Positions 29,244 through 40,438 of a DNA stretch of 64,000 nucleotides are shown in pieces; positions within the stretch are counted from its first letter, which is position 1, and every line of letters begins with the position of its first letter. The stretch is from Spirochaetia bacterium. GTDB taxonomy: Bacteria > Spirochaetota > Spirochaetia > UBA9216. A model generated the notes under the pieces. The model was not told where the DNA came from. It saw only the letters and a program-made list of their open reading frames with translations, and searched no databases. The stretch is from positions 64,001 through 128,000 of the forward strand of contig CAXXYH010000001.1 of assembly GCA_963677925.2 (NCBI GenBank), in the 5' to 3' direction. The translations under genes and the position numbers were made by a program.

Positions 29244-31526
29244 TCAGTCGAGCCATCCTCTGAGGAAGTCTATGATTATCTCTTTTTTATTATGGGTGAC
29301 TGGTTCCTCTTCATCAGGCCCTATGCAGGAAGGACAGCCTGATTCACAGCTGCAGCTTTCAATACGTTCCTTCGCAGCAGAAAGAATAACCGATGCTTTT
29401 TCGGCAATACCCTCCGACAGGCCTGTACCGCCGGGGTAGCTGTCATATATGTAAATACATGGCTGACCCAGTACAGGATCCTTCAGTCTCTCGGCTATAC
29501 CCAGGTCACGCACATCACATAAGAGAAATACAGGTGCCACATTCTGTATAAGGCTGCCGATACGTCCGATAATATGCTCTTTTAGTTCATCAGGGATCTG
29601 CTCGAAAGTTTCACGAGATTTTGTGCCTTCTGAAAATACTATAACAGCGCTTCGTGTATGCATTTCTTCTTCAGGAATGAAGATCTCGCCGTAGCCGATA
29701 TTTTCGTGCGTGCCATATTTAATCTTTTTGAATTTGGCTACCTGTTTACGGACAAGCACATCACCTTCGGTCACTGATGCTCCGGGGATAGCCTTATCAG
29801 TATCCCTTTCTAGAAGCTTAATATCGGTTTTAACGATTGCGTCGGTGTAATAATTGAGATCGGATTTATTGACAAAGCATTTTTTATTCTCAATATCGAG
29901 CTCACGCACCTGGAACTGTTCTCCGCGGTGAATGTAAACGGCATTGTCGAAGAGCATTTCCTTGGCTGAAGGACGGTCCATCTCGCCGATAACATTATAC
30001 TTTCCGGCGGTTTCATCGATAATCACCACATTTTCCGCAGTGGCGCTTCTAAGAGATATTGTCTCTGCCGGATAGGAGCGGTCGGACCAGAAATATTTAC
30101 CGCCGGTAAGCCGCAGAACCCCTTCCTCTTCAAGGTACAGCAGCAGCTCTTCAGTTGATTTTCCGAATTCCTCGCCTGATTCAAAGGGAAGCTCGAAAGC
30201 CGCGCACTTCAAATGGTCAAGCAGAATGTATATGTTGTCTGCATCTATTCGTGCAGATTCAGGGTTACGGCCGAAAAAGTAGTCTTTGTGCTCTATTACA
30301 TACTGATCAACCGGCGACATCGATGCAATAAGCACCGAGACCGATGTAGTGCTGCGTCTTCCCGCACGACCGGCCTGCTGCCATGAGGAGGATATGCTGC
30401 CGGGAAAGCCTGCCATTATTGAAACATCAAGCCCTCCGATGTCTATTCCAAGCTCAAGTGCATTTGTAGAAACAACCCCCTGAATACTTCCGTCGCGAAG
30501 TCCTTTTTCAATCTCCCGCCGTTCATTGGGAAGATAGCCTCCGCGGTATGCCTCAACGCGTGTACGGCTGTTGTCGTTGAACATATTCTCAAGGCTCTTG
30601 TTGATGTAGGAAGCAATCAGTTCGGTACGGATTCTTGAACGGCAGAACACTATAGTCTTTACCCGCTGCTTTAGAAATTTCAGTGCAAGACGCTGCGACT
30701 CAAGAACTACACCCCGTCTGATACCCTGCACAGCATCAACCAGCGGCGGATTATAAAGGATGAAGTGCTTTTCTCCCGACGGTGCTCCGTTCTGATCAAC
30801 CAGTGCAACATCGGTCTCCAGTACATTCTGCGCATGCTCAAGCGGATTACCTATTGTGGCACTGCAGCATATAAAAACCGGATCCGAGCCGTAAAAACGG
30901 CAGATTCGTCTCAGTCGTCTTATCAGATTGGTTACATGCGAACCGAAAACACCCCGGTATATATGAAGTTCGTCTATAACGATGAACTTAACGTTTGAAA
31001 GAAACTTAATCCACTTCGGATGATTCGGCAGGATCCCGGCGTGAAGCATATCCGGATTTGATATGATAATCCTGCCGCCGTCTCGTGCTGCAACCCGTAC
31101 CGATGAGGGGGTATCACCGTCGTAGGTAACGGTTTTGATAGGAAGTTCATCTGAAAGAAGTACTTCATTGAGTTCAGACTGCTGATCCTGTGACAGAGCC
31201 TTTGTCGGAAACATGTAAAGTGCCCGGGCTTCGGGATTTGACAGCAGATAATTAAGAACCGGAAGATTGTAGCACATAGTCTTCCCTGATGCTGTGGGTG
31301 TGACTACGACGGTACTTTTTCCTTCAGTGACAAAGTCGTATGCCTGTTTCTGATGTGAATAAAGTCTGTCTACACCCCTTTTGCTGTATATGCTGCGAAG
31401 GATCGGATTAATATCTTCAGGGAAATCTGTATATGAACCGGCTTTTGCCGGAATCTTCTCCCAGTGAGTTACATTTTTAACAAAGTCTGAATCTTTGTTT
31501 AATAAATTTAAGATAGCATCGGACAT
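29244..31526 (-). CDS. YprA/MrfA-like DEAH-box helicase with DUF1998
   Basis: PTASGKT, DELH, SAT, ALELGIDIG and QQAGRAGRR motifs; YDSYPGGTG; CSCESGCPSC. Confidence 0.92.
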   Translation of the reverse strand: MSDAILNLLNKDSDFVKNVTHWEKIPAKAGSYTDFPEDINPILRSIYSKRGVDRLYSHQKQAYDFVTEGKSTVVVTPTASGKTMCYNLPVLNYLLSNPEARALYMFPTKALSQDQQSELNEVLLSDELPIKTVTYDGDTPSSVRVAARDGGRIIISNPDMLHAGILPNHPKWIKFLSNVKFIVIDELHIYRGVFGSHVTNLIRRLRRICRFYGSDPVFICCSATIGNPLEHAQNVLETDVALVDQNGAPSGEKHFILYNPPLVDAVQGIRRGVVLESQRLALKFLKQRVKTIVFCRSRIRTELIASYINKSLENMFNDNSRTRVEAYRGGYLPNERREIEKGLRDGSIQGVVSTNALELGIDIGGLDVSIMAGFPGSISSSWQQAGRAGRRSTTSVSVLIASMSPVDQYVIEHKDYFFGRNPESARIDADNIYILLDHLKCAAFELPFESGEEFGKSTEELLLYLEEEGVLRLTGGKYFWSDRSYPAETISLRSATAENVVIIDETAGKYNVIGEMDRPSAKEMLFDNAVYIHRGEQFQVRELDIENKKCFVNKSDLNYYTDAIVKTDIKLLERDTDKAIPGASVTEGDVLVRKQVAKFKKIKYGTHENIGYGEIFIPEEEMHTRSAVIVFSEGTKSRETFEQIPDELKEHIIGRIGSLIQNVAPVFLLCDVRDLGIAERLKDPVLGQPCIYIYDSYPGGTGLSEGIAEKASVILSAAKERIESCSCESGCPSCIGPDEEEPVTHNKKEIIIDFLRGWLD

Positions 31527-31585
31527 AATCTCATGTTAGCATATTTGTAATGACGATACTATATTAATGTTTAGTGGAGGTAATT

Positions 31586-32491
31586 ATGCAGATTGCTATT
31601 TTAAGGTTTTTCAATGATATAGCCACACCCTTACTCGACCATATAGCTGAATATATAACAATGCTTGGAGAGCAGTATTTCTTCATCATTGTAATTGCTT
31701 TTATATACTGGAATGTGTCCAAAAAGGATGGTTTTAAGCTTGCTGCGGCATTCATGTATTCGTCTGCACTTAATTCAATGGTAAAAATTGCAGTACATTC
31801 ACCGCGGCCGTTTGAAAAGCTCGATTTTATTAGCGGGAAGCGTGTTGAAACCGCAACCGGCTACTCTTTTCCGAGCGGTCATACCCAGGGTACTACGACC
31901 TTTTTTCTGACCTGGGCCAATATAATCCAGCGAAAATGGTTTGCTGTGCTTAGTATTATTGTGTTTGTGTTTGTGGGGATAAGCAGGGTTTATCTCGGGG
32001 TTCACTGGCCTGTTGATGTGCTGGGAGGTATAGTTCTCGGTATCATCATGTCTGTGCTCTTCTGTACGGTAATTGATCGTTTTTATGAAGATGAACTGAT
32101 GCTGCGAAGGATTTTTTTCAGCCTGAATTTTGCCATGATAGCTATTGCAGTTATACTGCTGATTCTGGATATTTTTTACCTCAAAGGTTCAATGAAAATA
32201 ACTGATTACTTTAAAATCGCCGGGGTCTCATCCGGTGCTGTCTACGGCTTCTTTATTCAGGAGAGACATGTTGATTTTGCTCCGAAGGATGCAGGATGGC
32301 CTGTTAAAATAATCAGATATATTCTGGGGCTTGTGATAACCATAGGGCTGATGGCCGGGCTGAAGCCTCTTCTGCCTCATCACTACGCCGCAGACTTTTT
32401 CAGATACGGAATTGTCGGACTCTGGGTTACGCTGCTCTGGCCGCTGATAGGCGTAAAAATAAAACTTTTTAAATACCGCTCAAGGGTGTGA
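31586..32491 (+). CDS. PAP2-family membrane phosphatase
   Basis: K-x6-RP, SFPSGH and SRVYLGVHW motifs; SD GGAGG. Confidence 0.9.
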   Translation: MQIAILRFFNDIATPLLDHIAEYITMLGEQYFFIIVIAFIYWNVSKKDGFKLAAAFMYSSALNSMVKIAVHSPRPFEKLDFISGKRVETATGYSFPSGHTQGTTTFFLTWANIIQRKWFAVLSIIVFVFVGISRVYLGVHWPVDVLGGIVLGIIMSVLFCTVIDRFYEDELMLRRIFFSLNFAMIAIAVILLILDIFYLKGSMKITDYFKIAGVSSGAVYGFFIQERHVDFAPKDAGWPVKIIRYILGLVITIGLMAGLKPLLPHHYAADFFRYGIVGLWVTLLWPLIGVKIKLFKYRSRV

Positions 32492-32492
32492 A

Positions 32493-33413
32493 ATGAAAAA
32501 AATTAAATTTTTTGGGATTCTGATTCTGCTGCTTGCAGGGGCTTCATCGGTATTTGCGTTTCCAGGACTCGGGAATGCCGACGGATCTCACTGGTCAATA
32601 AGCTCAAAGGCTCTTGAAAGTCTTTTTGGAAGGCATCAGGGAACTATAGTTTCAGTAAAAACAATGCCGGTATACGGGATAGAAAGCTATGAGTTTGAAA
32701 ATCCTACTGCTACAAATATAATCCTCTGGGCGTCCGGCGGGCCGGATCTCTATAATTTCGGTGTTCAGGAGAGTCATTCACAGAGTTATGAATACAAATA
32801 CAAAGACAAGATGTCAGCTGACCAGCTTAAAGCCTTTGAGAATAAATCTGTAACTGATTATCTTATCTACTGTGCAGGTTATATGCGCAGAATTGAGGCT
32901 GAATGGGCTGCCGGAAATACAAGAGAAGCTGCCTATCTTACCGGGTTTTTTATGCATACCTTCGAAGACCTGTTTGCTCACGGCGGAATTACAAATGCAC
33001 AGCATCTCTGGCTGGAAGATAATGGAGAGAACCCTGACTATAACGTTGATTCATACCTTGCGGCTGTTGATTCAACCGGGTATTTCATTGAATCTCTGAT
33101 AAACAACCTCAGCAGTGAGGCCGCTCATAATTTTATGCAGGCCGTAACTTCAGATGCTTATGTTGAGCCTCTGAGTGAAAAAGAAATTAAAAAGCTCCTC
33201 GGCAAAGGCCGGGATATTTATCTTGAAGGGATCATATATGTGGCATTTACCAAAGCTCCAGATAACTGCATGACTTATGCTGAGCGGATTAAGTGGGATT
33301 CGGAGGCACTGATTAAAATTTTCTGCAGTTCTGTTTATTATGAAAAACTTGCTGAAATTAAAAATACAGATGAGGCTGATGAACTTTTAAATGAAGCCGG
33401 TTACACGTACTGA
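32493..33413 (+). CDS. Exported Zn-dependent phospholipase C / P1-nuclease-fold-like protein
   Basis: Signal peptide ending SVFA, early His (GSHW), PD, ESHS and GFFMHTFEDLFAHG (HxxxDxxxH). Confidence 0.55.
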   Translation: MKKIKFFGILILLLAGASSVFAFPGLGNADGSHWSISSKALESLFGRHQGTIVSVKTMPVYGIESYEFENPTATNIILWASGGPDLYNFGVQESHSQSYEYKYKDKMSADQLKAFENKSVTDYLIYCAGYMRRIEAEWAAGNTREAAYLTGFFMHTFEDLFAHGGITNAQHLWLEDNGENPDYNVDSYLAAVDSTGYFIESLINNLSSEAAHNFMQAVTSDAYVEPLSEKEIKKLLGKGRDIYLEGIIYVAFTKAPDNCMTYAERIKWDSEALIKIFCSSVYYEKLAEIKNTDEADELLNEAGYTY

Positions 33414-33435
33414 ATTGTTGTGATACAATTCAGCC

Positions 33436-35442
33436 ATGAAGAACAGTCACGGATTTGTACGCATAGCCTGTGTAAGCCCCGAGCTTAAACTGGCGGATAT
33501 TGATACCAATACACTATCAATCACTAAAACTGCATTTGAGGCCTGCAACGATGGCGCAGATATTATACTTTTTCCAGAACTCAGTCTTACAGGTTACACC
33601 TGCGCAGATCTGTTCCTGCAGAAAAAACTAAGATCAGCATCAATGAAGGCGCTTAAATATATTGCAGAATCAACGGCAGACATCCCGGCATTAATAGCCG
33701 TCGGTCTTCCCGTGTATCATGATGCCAGACTTTATAACTGCGCAGCCGTAATTTCCGGCGGAGCAATAATGGGCCTGGTCCCAAAGACTTATATCCCGAA
33801 TTACGGTGAATACTATGAGGCAAGATGGTTTTCAAGCGGAAGCGATTCAGTCTCGGACAGTATTCTCTATGACGGAGACGAGATTCCTTTCGGTTCAGAT
33901 CTGCTTTTCAAGTGTTCCGATTCCTCCGGGGAGCGTGATTTTACTGTGGGTGTTGAACTGTGCGAAGATATGTGGGCACCAATTCCGCCGTCCGCTTCCA
34001 TGGCTCTAGCAGGTGCCGATGTGATTCTAAACCTTTCAGCCAGCAATGAACTTGCAGGAAAGGCTGATTACCGCAGGGAACTTATTTCCAAGCTTTCAGG
34101 CCAGTATCTTTGTGCATATACCTACTGTTCTTCAGGCATATATGAAAGCACTACAGATACCGTTTTCGGCGGACATCAGATAATTGCTGAAAACGGAAGG
34201 CTTCTTTGCGAAGGAGACCGCTTTACAGGCTCCGGCAGTATAATCTACGCCGATGCAGATATTGATCTCATAGAGCACGAAAGAACTGCCAATAAAACCT
34301 TTGCAGAGTGCGGAGCCGTAGAACTGGGACGAGGACGGGACGGCAAGTCATACCGGCTTGTAGAATGTGGTGTTCCAACAGGTAATTTGAACGATCTGAT
34401 TGAACTTTCACCCTCAAATATCCGGAGAGATGTTCAGGCTCATCCCTTTATTCCGGGAAAGAAGGCGGATCGAACCGTACGCTGTTCGGAAATTTTTTCA
34501 ATACAGAGTTCTGCTCTTGCCTCAAGACTTAGGCACATAGGCTGTAATAATGTAGTTATAGGTCTTTCAGGGGGCCTTGATTCAACACTTGCGCTGCTTG
34601 TTATAGTTGACGCCTTTAAACGCCTGGGACTGCCCTCTGAGGGCATCAAGAGCATCACAATGCCGGGTTTCGGAACTACAAAACGTACAAAATCAAACGC
34701 CGAAAAGCTTTGTGAAACAATGGGAATACCAATCGAAGTTATAGATATAACTCCCGCCTGTGTTCAGCATTTTAAGGATCTGGGGCATGACGGAGTTACT
34801 ACTGATATTACCTATGAGAATACACAGGCCAGGGAGCGTACAAAGATTCTGATGAATAAATCAAATCAGGTCGGCGGTATTGTTATCGGAACAGGTGATC
34901 TTTCAGAGCTTGCTATGGGATGGTGCACGTATAACGGAGATCATATGTCTATGTACGCAGTTAATACCGGTGTCCCTAAAACTCTGGTCAGATATCTAGT
35001 GGAATACTACAAGGACCACCTCGCATCAGATGCTGCCGCTGAGATTCTTGCCGATATCATAGATACGCCGATCTCTCCGGAACTGCTTCCTCCGGATAAG
35101 AACGGTGAAATTGCCCAGAAGACCGAGGAAAATATCGGACCGTATGAGCTTCATGATTTCTTTCTGTATCAGGTTGTACGCTGCGGCTTTACACCGGCAA
35201 AGACATTGTTTCTTGCCCAAAAGGCCTTTGACGGAAAGCACGGAATTAACAGTTACAGCAGGGATGAAATTAAAAAGTGGCTGAGGCTGTTTTACAGAAG
35301 GTTTTTCAGTCAGCAGTTTAAACGTTCATGTATACCCGACGGTCCCAAGGTCGGAACCATCGCTCTCTCACCCCGCGCCGACTGGCGAATGCCCAGCGAT
35401 GCCTCTGTTAATCTCTGGCTTAAAGAACTGGAAGAACTTTAA
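33436..35442 (+). CDS. nadE: Glutamine-dependent NAD+ synthetase
   Basis: Nitrilase domain (FPEL, K, ELCED) plus GLSGGLDS, ENTQARER and GTGDLSE. Confidence 0.95.
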   Translation: MKNSHGFVRIACVSPELKLADIDTNTLSITKTAFEACNDGADIILFPELSLTGYTCADLFLQKKLRSASMKALKYIAESTADIPALIAVGLPVYHDARLYNCAAVISGGAIMGLVPKTYIPNYGEYYEARWFSSGSDSVSDSILYDGDEIPFGSDLLFKCSDSSGERDFTVGVELCEDMWAPIPPSASMALAGADVILNLSASNELAGKADYRRELISKLSGQYLCAYTYCSSGIYESTTDTVFGGHQIIAENGRLLCEGDRFTGSGSIIYADADIDLIEHERTANKTFAECGAVELGRGRDGKSYRLVECGVPTGNLNDLIELSPSNIRRDVQAHPFIPGKKADRTVRCSEIFSIQSSALASRLRHIGCNNVVIGLSGGLDSTLALLVIVDAFKRLGLPSEGIKSITMPGFGTTKRTKSNAEKLCETMGIPIEVIDITPACVQHFKDLGHDGVTTDITYENTQARERTKILMNKSNQVGGIVIGTGDLSELAMGWCTYNGDHMSMYAVNTGVPKTLVRYLVEYYKDHLASDAAAEILADIIDTPISPELLPPDKNGEIAQKTEENIGPYELHDFFLYQVVRCGFTPAKTLFLAQKAFDGKHGINSYSRDEIKKWLRLFYRRFFSQQFKRSCIPDGPKVGTIALSPRADWRMPSDASVNLWLKELEEL

Positions 35443-35448
35443 AATTAA

Positions 35449-36903
35449 TTATCTTTTCCAGAACTGCGGCGTCAGCAGTGCAAATACTGTGAACAGCTCA
35501 AGACGTCCGGCCATCATTGCAAAGGATAGAATCCACTTAACATAGTCGGGAAAGAAAAAATAGTTATCAGTAGGACCAATCTGTCCGAATCCAGGACCAA
35601 TGTTGCCGACGGTTACAAGCGCAGTAGTTACCGAGGTTTCGATATCAGTTCCTGATGTGGAGACCAGTACAGTTGTTACAAGAAGAGTGAATATGTAGAG
35701 GGCAAAAAATCCTGCAATTGTATAGACTACTTCTTTTTTTACTGTGGATTGTCCAATCTTCAAAGAGAAGACTCCCCGTGGATGCAGCATGTACTTGATA
35801 TTGTTAAGTCCAAGCTTGGCCATGGTTACAATACGGATTACCTTTATTCCTCCGCCGGTTGATCCGGAACAGCCTCCGATAAACATCAGGAAAAACAGAA
35901 GAACCTTGGAAAAATTCGGCCAGAGTTCGAAGTCTGCAGTAGCATAACCTGTTGTTGTTATAATTGATGCGACCTGAAATGATGCAAATCTGAATGAACT
36001 GCTGCCGGTGCTGTAGTTTCCGCTCATGTACAGGTTTAAGGTTATCAGTCCGGTTATGACAAAGAAAATTATCACATAGGCTTTGAATTCACCGTCATGA
36101 AATATTTCCGAGAACTTTCCTTTAATTGCTTTAAAGTAAAGTGCAAAGTTGCATCCAGCCAGAACCATGAATATAGTTATTACGGCGTCAACATAGGCGC
36201 TGTTATAGTGCCCTACACTTGCCGCTTTGGGAGAGAAACCGCCTGTAGCCATAGTGCCGAATGTATGTGTAGCTGCATCAAAAAGATCCATCCCTCCGAA
36301 GAGCAGAAGCACTGTCTCAATAACCGATAGACCGAGGTAGATTAGCCAGAGAATAAGAGCATTATTCCGTATTTTCGGCGTAAACTTATCAACAGCAGGA
36401 CCGGGAGATTCTGCACCTACCAGCTTTGTTCCTCCTACACCCAGAAGAGGAATCAGTGCTACAACAAGTACAACAATTCCCATTCCGCCCAGCCAGTGAG
36501 TGAGTGAGCGCCAGAACAGGATACTTCTGGGCAGGGCTTCAATATCAGTAAGAATAGAAGCTCCGGTTGTTGTAAATCCTGACATGATTTCAAAATAGGC
36601 GTCAGCATAATTTGGTATTGCGCCTGAAATCCATACGGGTATTGCGCCGAAACCTGCAGCCAATATCCAGCTTGATGTAACGAAGAAGAATCCGTCGCGT
36701 GTGGTAAGCATCTTGTTCGGAGCTTTCCTGGTGAGAAGTATATATACCGCCGCAAAAATCCATATGGCCAGTATTGTTCCGAGAAAACAGTAAAACTCAA
36801 AAGTTTCGCCGTAATAAGCTGCAATACCCGCTGGTATTACCATGAATGCGGAAACAACAACCTGAATTACTGCTGTAAGCCGCAGAATGTAAAATGGGTT
36901 CAA
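35449..36903 (-). CDS. trkH: Trk potassium uptake membrane protein
   Basis: SGFTTTG, TGGF, TTTGY, GSTGGGIK and GNIGPG pore loops. Confidence 0.95.
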   Translation of the reverse strand: MNPFYILRLTAVIQVVVSAFMVIPAGIAAYYGETFEFYCFLGTILAIWIFAAVYILLTRKAPNKMLTTRDGFFFVTSSWILAAGFGAIPVWISGAIPNYADAYFEIMSGFTTTGASILTDIEALPRSILFWRSLTHWLGGMGIVVLVVALIPLLGVGGTKLVGAESPGPAVDKFTPKIRNNALILWLIYLGLSVIETVLLLFGGMDLFDAATHTFGTMATGGFSPKAASVGHYNSAYVDAVITIFMVLAGCNFALYFKAIKGKFSEIFHDGEFKAYVIIFFVITGLITLNLYMSGNYSTGSSSFRFASFQVASIITTTGYATADFELWPNFSKVLLFFLMFIGGCSGSTGGGIKVIRIVTMAKLGLNNIKYMLHPRGVFSLKIGQSTVKKEVVYTIAGFFALYIFTLLVTTVLVSTSGTDIETSVTTALVTVGNIGPGFGQIGPTDNYFFFPDYVKWILSFAMMAGRLELFTVFALLTPQFWKR

Positions 36904-36915
36904 GTTAAGTCTCCG

Positions 36916-38265
36916 CTAAGAATTGAATAATTTATGCACATAATCAATGTTTGCGCGATCTACTGTTACAAGCAGTACATCATCAAGCTGCAGCCTGTCA
37001 TTACCTGTAGGAATAAGGTTCTGCCCCCCTCTGGTAAGACCCGCAATGATACCCTTGCCTCTAAGGTTAATGTCTTTTATTTCCTTGTTCAGAACCGGTG
37101 TATCATCAGTAATTATAAACTCAAAAACTTCCAGCTTACCTTCAAAAAGGGAGTGAACGCTTGTAAAATTTCCGCCTCGTATATAACGCAGAACAGAGTT
37201 TACAGTTGAGCTGTTAACCGAAATAACAGAATCAAGATCCAGGTGCGGAGCCAGCCGCAGATAGTTTGTGTTATGCTTGATAAGGGCCATAGCCTTCTCT
37301 ACACCGATACGCCTTGCATAGATGGCGGTAAGAATATTCAGCTCATCATTGCTCGTCAGAGTAATAATGAGATCATAGCTTGCGATATCCTCATCCTCAT
37401 AGAGTGTCTCATCTGTTACATCGGATTTAATTATAAGAATCTCCGGAAACTGCTCTGCGAAGCTTTTACAGACCTCGCTGTCCTGATCAACCAGGGCAAA
37501 GAGCCTGCGATCAGCTGCTGAAAAGTTTTTAAGAAGAAAACGCGCTGTTTTACTTCCGCCTACAAGAAGAATCTTTTTAAGTTTCTTCTTCTGCTTGCCA
37601 AGCGCCTTGAAAACTTTTTCAACTCCCGCCTGTTCAGCTACTACCGAAAGCGTATCATTTTCATGAATAACAGTATCTCCTGAAGGAACAATCAGCCTGT
37701 GTTTTCGGTGAATAGCCGCAATAAGAAACTCATCATTTATCGAATTTCTTATTGTTTTAACATCCTTGTTCAGAAAAAGAGATTTTTCAGTTACATGAAT
37801 ATTGTGAAGCAGCAGTCCTGATTTCTGAAATGAAATCATATCGCTGAAAACACCCTTATCCACTATTTCATAGATGGTATTTGCAGCCTCTGCCTCGGGG
37901 TTAACAATATAGTCAATTCCAAGAATTGAGCCTGACAGCCCGTGAGAGCCTATATATGTCAGGTTTCTGATGCTTGCAATTTTATGTTCAACGTTGAATT
38001 CGCTGGAAACAAGCCCGCAGGCAACCATGTTTACTTCATCAGAATCTGTCATTGTGATGAACATATCGGTATCTTCGATACCGGCATCCTTCAGAACCTC
38101 AATAGAAGTCCCTGAACCGTTTATAACAAGGCAGTCAAGCTTGGACGACGCGTATGATGCCTTTTTAGGATCAGATTCAATCAGCACTACATCTTTTTTT
38201 TCTTCGATAAGATGTCTTGCAATCTGATAGCCGCGTGAACCGGCGCCTAGTATTACAATCTTCAT
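36916..38265 (-). CDS. trkA: Trk potassium uptake NAD-binding subunit
   Basis: Two RCK-N/RCK-C pairs; MKIVILGAG start at 38265. Confidence 0.93.
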   Translation of the reverse strand: MKIVILGAGSRGYQIARHLIEEKKDVVLIESDPKKASYASSKLDCLVINGSGTSIEVLKDAGIEDTDMFITMTDSDEVNMVACGLVSSEFNVEHKIASIRNLTYIGSHGLSGSILGIDYIVNPEAEAANTIYEIVDKGVFSDMISFQKSGLLLHNIHVTEKSLFLNKDVKTIRNSINDEFLIAAIHRKHRLIVPSGDTVIHENDTLSVVAEQAGVEKVFKALGKQKKKLKKILLVGGSKTARFLLKNFSAADRRLFALVDQDSEVCKSFAEQFPEILIIKSDVTDETLYEDEDIASYDLIITLTSNDELNILTAIYARRIGVEKAMALIKHNTNYLRLAPHLDLDSVISVNSSTVNSVLRYIRGGNFTSVHSLFEGKLEVFEFIITDDTPVLNKEIKDINLRGKGIIAGLTRGGQNLIPTGNDRLQLDDVLLVTVDRANIDYVHKLFNS

Positions 38266-38339
38266 ACAGCTTGGGATCTTAACGGTAGATTCCGAATTAT
38301 TCAAGATAAAGGTCTGAAAAACTGCAATTCCGATAAAAT

Positions 38340-39377
38340 TTAACGTATATACATGGCATCGCCGTACGAGAAAAACCGGTATTTCCGTCTGACAGCCTCA
38401 GAATAAGCGTTCATTATGCTGTCCTTTCCGGCAAAGGCTGAAACAAGCATTAACAGTGAAGATTCAGGGGTATGAAAGTTGGTAAACATATGGTTTACAA
38501 GCCTGAACTCATATCCGGGATAGATGAAAATGTCGGTGCTTCTGCAGCCCGGCCTGACCTCTGAAGAGTTCCATCTTTTGGCTTCGGATTCGAGTGTACG
38601 GACAGATGTAGTTCCGACAGCGGTTATAGGTCTTTTATCAGCAACAGCCCTGTTGATTATTTCGGCGGTTTCCTCGGATATTTCATAATCTTCTGAATGC
38701 ATCTGATGTTCTGTAATATCCTCGGTTCTTACCGGAAGAAAAGTTCCAAGTCCAACATGAAGAGTCAGGTGTACTGTCTCTATTCCGCGTTTTTTTATAG
38801 CTGACAGAATTTCATCTGTAAAATGTAGTCCTGCTGTAGGGGCTGCTACAGAACCAGTTTTTTCTGAAAAGACAGTCTGATACCTTTCAGCGTCAGCTGC
38901 AGCATCATCCCTTTTGATGTATGGCGGCAGTGGTATATGACCGTTGGTGTTCAGCCAGTTATCATTAACCGGACGAGAGAACTCAATTACTCTGTTACTT
39001 CCGTCAACCTCTGTGATTACGGCTTCAAGCCCGTCATCGAATTTGTATCTTCTGCCCGGTTTCTGTTTTTTTGACTTGGAAACCATCGCCAGCCATTTAA
39101 TGCCTTCACCTTCATCAAGATTGCGAAGCAGAAGAAATTCTATCATAGCTCCGGTTTCAGATTCAGCATATAGCCGGGCTTTTCTGACTCGTGAGTTGTT
39201 GAAAACAACAAGTGAGCCTTCCGGTATCAGATTGGGAAAATCTGATACCATATAATCTGTAAGAGAATTACCGTCTTTGCGGTCCATAAGTAATAATCTT
39301 GATTCACCGCGTTTTTCAGCGGGATACTGTGCTATAAGATCTTCAGGGAGATCAAAAAAGAAGCTGCTGGTCTTCAT
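38340..39377 (-). CDS. queA: S-adenosylmethionine:tRNA ribosyltransferase-isomerase
   Basis: [25 protein letters not shown] and FFSYGDAM motifs. Confidence 0.97.
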   Translation of the reverse strand: MKTSSFFFDLPEDLIAQYPAEKRGESRLLLMDRKDGNSLTDYMVSDFPNLIPEGSLVVFNNSRVRKARLYAESETGAMIEFLLLRNLDEGEGIKWLAMVSKSKKQKPGRRYKFDDGLEAVITEVDGSNRVIEFSRPVNDNWLNTNGHIPLPPYIKRDDAAADAERYQTVFSEKTGSVAAPTAGLHFTDEILSAIKKRGIETVHLTLHVGLGTFLPVRTEDITEHQMHSEDYEISEETAEIINRAVADKRPITAVGTTSVRTLESEAKRWNSSEVRPGCRSTDIFIYPGYEFRLVNHMFTNFHTPESSLLMLVSAFAGKDSIMNAYSEAVRRKYRFFSYGDAMYIR

Positions 39378-40419
39378 CCTTTTCCTGCAATAAAGTATTG
39401 ATTGACGGGGGAACTTTCAGACCCAGATGCTGGTAAGCAAGTGAAGTCACCATTCTTCCCCTTTGTGTACGTTTTATAAATCCCTGCTGAATCAGGTATG
39501 GTTCGTAAAAATCTTCAAGCGATTCTACGGCTTCACCGGCCGAGATAGCGAGTGTTTCCGCACCAACCGGTCCGCCGCTGTAGCGCTCGATAATAAGCCT
39601 GAGAATCTCACGATCCTGACGCTCAAGCCCCATTTTATCAATTTCGAGGCGTTTTAATCCTGTCGAGACTATCTTCCTGTTTATGGTATCAAGTCCCTCT
39701 ACCTGGGCAAAGTCACGCATTCTTCTGAGCAGCCTGTTTGCTACACGGGGAGTTCCGCGTGAACACTGGGCTAGAAGTGCTACAGCGTCTTCGTCAATGT
39801 TTATTCCAAGAATACCTGAAGAGCGTTTAAGAATGCTGATGATATCCTTGATTTCATAGAAATTCATTCTGAAAGAGATTCCGAACCTGCTGTACAGCGG
39901 ACTTGCAACCTGTCCAGCCTTGGTTGTGGCTCCTATAAGCGTAAATGGAGGAATTGGAATACGGATATTCCTGGCAGAAGGTCCCTGGCCTATGACCCAG
40001 TCCATCTCGTAATCTTCCATTGCTATGTAAAGCATTTCTTCTATAGCCGGTTTGAGCCTGTGAATTTCGTCAATAAAGAATACGCTTCTCTCGGTAATGC
40101 TGGTCAGTATTCCCGCGAGATCTTTCGGCTTTTCTATAGCCGGAGCGCTTGTAACCTTGAAGTCTGCATTAAGTTCGTTGGAAATGATTCCTGCAAGTGT
40201 GGTTTTCCCAAGACCCGGAGGACCGCAAAGAAATACATGGTCGAGGCTTTCCTCTCTTTCATTGGCTGCTTTTATGAATATATCAAGATTGCTTTTCAGT
40301 GCATCCTGGCCCTGAAAATCGGTTAACTTCTGAGGCCGTAAACCGTTTTCCTTACCATCAGTTCCGGGATCATAATTCCCCGAGAGTATGCTGTCATGAT
40401 TATCTTTGCTGTCAGGCAT
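39352..40419 (-). CDS. ruvB: Holliday junction branch migration ATPase
   Basis: [18 protein letters not shown] and RGTPR motifs. Confidence 0.97.
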   Translation of the reverse strand: MPDSKDNHDSILSGNYDPGTDGKENGLRPQKLTDFQGQDALKSNLDIFIKAANEREESLDHVFLCGPPGLGKTTLAGIISNELNADFKVTSAPAIEKPKDLAGILTSITERSVFFIDEIHRLKPAIEEMLYIAMEDYEMDWVIGQGPSARNIRIPIPPFTLIGATTKAGQVASPLYSRFGISFRMNFYEIKDIISILKRSSGILGINIDEDAVALLAQCSRGTPRVANRLLRRMRDFAQVEGLDTINRKIVSTGLKRLEIDKMGLERQDREILRLIIERYSGGPVGAETLAISAGEAVESLEDFYEPYLIQQGFIKRTQRGRMVTSLAYQHLGLKVPPSINTLLQEKDEDQQLLF

Positions 40420-40438
40420 TACACGTCCCCATTAATAT

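Noticed and set aside
27999-31526. DUF1998 helicase plus nuclease as an anti-phage system (DISARM/Druantia-like)
   Set aside because: The architecture matches the housekeeping YprA/YprB (MrfAB) repair pair; there are no methylase or other defence genes nearby.
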